A stretch of DNA of 36,383 nucleotides from a virus (taxonomy: Duplodnaviria > Caudoviricetes). The notes beneath the pieces are model-generated. The model did no database searches. It saw only the letters and a list, made by a program, of their open reading frames with translations, and was not told the origin of the DNA. Numbering within the stretch: position 1 is the first letter of the stretch; each line of letters begins with the position of its first letter. Location: positions 1-36,383 of the IMG/VR virus record IMGVR_UViG_3300026302_000081; one strand, 5' to 3'. The position numbers were made by a program, and so were the translations under genes. Positions 34,693 through 36,383 of this stretch are shown here, piece after piece.

Positions 34693-36383
34693 ATAGGCTC
34701 TATTTCGGTGACAATCTTCGGGTCTTGCGTGAGCACGTCGCCGATCAGAGTATCGATCTCGTCTACCTCGACCCCCCTTTCAACTCGAACGCTAGCTACG
34801 GCCTTCTGTTCAAGGACGGCAAGGGTGCAGCGTCGGAGGCGCAGGCTGAGGCATTCCGGGACAGTTGGTCTTGGGGTCAGAGCGCCGAAGAAGCGGTTGA
34901 TGACATCATGAAAGGTGGGGGCGATCTCGCTCTTCTGACGAAAGGCATGCGCAGCTGGCTCGGGGACTGCGGCCTGATGGCCTATGTCGTGATGATGGCA
35001 GTACGCCTGATCGAATTGAAGCGCGTCCTGAAACCGACGGGGAGCCTTTATCTCCACTGCGATCCGACCGCGAGCCACTACCTGAAAATCGTGTTGGACG
35101 CGATTTTCGGGGGAGAGAATTTTAGGAACGAAGTGATCTGGCAGCGGTCGACTGGCAAGAGCTTGATGACAGCCCGCCTGCCAACTAACCACGACGTGAT
35201 TTTGGCCTACCAGATGGGCAATGGTGCGACCTGGAACGCCGATGCAATGTTCTCAGCATATGATCCCGATGACTTGCCTGCGTCCGTCATGTCAAAATAT
35301 TCGAACTGCGACCCCGACGGCAGGCGTTACACGCTCGGAGATCTACTTAATCCGAACAGAAATCGGCCCAACCTCACCTATGAATTTCTCGGGATGACGC
35401 GCGTTTGGCGGTGGACGAAGGAGCGAATGCAGCGTGCGTACGACGAGGGTCTTGTTGTCCAAACCGGGCCTGGTCGCGTTCCTCGCTTCAAGCGGTATCT
35501 GGACCAGCAACGAGGATTACCTTTCGGCGACGTTTGGACAGACATTCCGCCGCTCAACAGCCAAGCGCAAGAGCGTCTTGGCTATCCAACCCAGAAGCCG
35601 CTTACTCTTCTCGATCGCATCTTGAAGCTCGCAACGCGACCGGGGAATGTCGTACTTGATCCATTCTGCGGCTGCGGGACAACCGTCGAAGCCGCCGAAC
35701 AGCTCGGCCGGAACTGGATCGGCATCGATGTCACGCACTATGCCGTGACGCTAATTGAGCAACGTCTGAAGAAGAGCCATCCGCAGGCAAAATACGACAT
35801 TCACGGCCGGCCGATTGATCTGGAAGGTGCGATCGAGCTCGCTCGGCGCGACAAGCATCAGTTCCAATGGTGGGGCTGTTGGCTGCTCGGCGCCCAGAGC
35901 TATCGGGAGACGAAGAAGGGTGCGGATCGCGGTATCGACGGTAGGGTCTTCTTCCACAATGGGCCCTTCGGTCACGGCGAGATCATCATTTCGGTCAAAG
36001 GTGGGGAGAACGTCTCCGTCACAGCAATCCGGGATCTCCGTGGCGTCATTGAGCGTGAAGGAGCGGAAATCGGCATCCTCGTCACCCTCGCAGAACCGAC
36101 CGCTCCGATGGTCGCCGAGGCTGCCGCTGCTGGCTTCGTCCAGAAATCGGCCCACGGCCGCATTCCGCGCATCCAAATTGCAACGGTGGCTGATCTCCTG
36201 GAAGGGCGGCGCCCGATACTTCCTCCACTACCTCAGCCTGTGCCGATCGTCCGCCGGCAGCCCAAGACCAAGAAGCCCTCCGATCAGATGGAACTCTTGC
36301 TGCCGTTCTCGGGCCCCGGCAAAGCCATCCAAAAGGGGGATTTCATCGATCCGGCGTGGATGCCATTAGCGCAAGAAAAATAG
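34689..36383 (+). CDS. N6/N4 DNA methyltransferase fused to a C-terminal Mrr-like endonuclease-fold domain
   Basis: YLDPPFNS, YPTQKP, VLDPFCGCGTT; C-terminal GADRGIDG...IISVKGG...IRDLRG...GILVT. Confidence 0.88.
   Translation: MNRLYFGDNLRVLREHVADQSIDLVYLDPPFNSNASYGLLFKDGKGAASEAQAEAFRDSWSWGQSAEEAVDDIMKGGGDLALLTKGMRSWLGDCGLMAYVVMMAVRLIELKRVLKPTGSLYLHCDPTASHYLKIVLDAIFGGENFRNEVIWQRSTGKSLMTARLPTNHDVILAYQMGNGATWNADAMFSAYDPDDLPASVMSKYSNCDPDGRRYTLGDLLNPNRNRPNLTYEFLGMTRVWRWTKERMQRAYDEGLVVQTGPGRVPRFKRYLDQQRGLPFGDVWTDIPPLNSQAQERLGYPTQKPLTLLDRILKLATRPGNVVLDPFCGCGTTVEAAEQLGRNWIGIDVTHYAVTLIEQRLKKSHPQAKYDIHGRPIDLEGAIELARRDKHQFQWWGCWLLGAQSYRETKKGADRGIDGRVFFHNGPFGHGEIIISVKGGENVSVTAIRDLRGVIEREGAEIGILVTLAEPTAPMVAEAAAAGFVQKSAHGRIPRIQIATVADLLEGRRPILPPLPQPVPIVRRQPKTKKPSDQMELLLPFSGPGKAIQKGDFIDPAWMPLAQEK

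Larger units (their letters stand above)
1..36383. mobile_element. Mu-like transposable prophage with contractile tail; termini outside or not visible in the window
   Basis: Repressor/ner/DDE transposase/AAA ATPase early block, Mu gp26-gp29/F/I/T-like head block and a complete tail block in a phage-like order. Confidence 0.95.

Noticed and set aside
1..36383. Mu termini (TG...CA, MuA-binding repeats, target duplication)
   Set aside because: The window starts and ends exactly at stop codons of ORFs; no end repeats recognised.

Overview
The whole 36.4-kb, high-GC window is a Mu-like (transposable) prophage. Promoter style and Rhizobiales-type repeats point to an alphaproteobacterial host. Gene order: membrane ORF and CI-like repressor (- strand) | ner, ParB-like, MuA transposase, MuB ATPase, early accessory genes (DUF3164, GemA, permuted NlpC/P60), Mor/C-like activator | lysis cassette | Mu-type head genes (gp27, TerL, portal, F, protease/scaffold, gpT) | P2-type contractile tail (V, W, J, I, fibre, sheath, tube, chaperone with frameshift, tape measure, U, X, D) | Dam-like methylase and an MTase-Mrr-like fusion. 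The Mu termini are not visible. Most notable unexplained signals: (1) a ~63-nt tRNA-shaped RNA with its own sigma70-like promoter, convergent on the stop codon of a MuF protein carrying a BECR-type nuclease-like C-terminus (candidate toxin / tRNA-mimic RNA pair); (2) three copies of a 22-bp palindrome at identical spacing from -10-like hexamers (late regulon); (3) a ~200-nt highly structured intergenic element after the capsid genes; (4) a UUGGCG/CGCCAA pseudoknot-type leader before the methylase. All family calls come from motif recognition and synteny, not from database searches.
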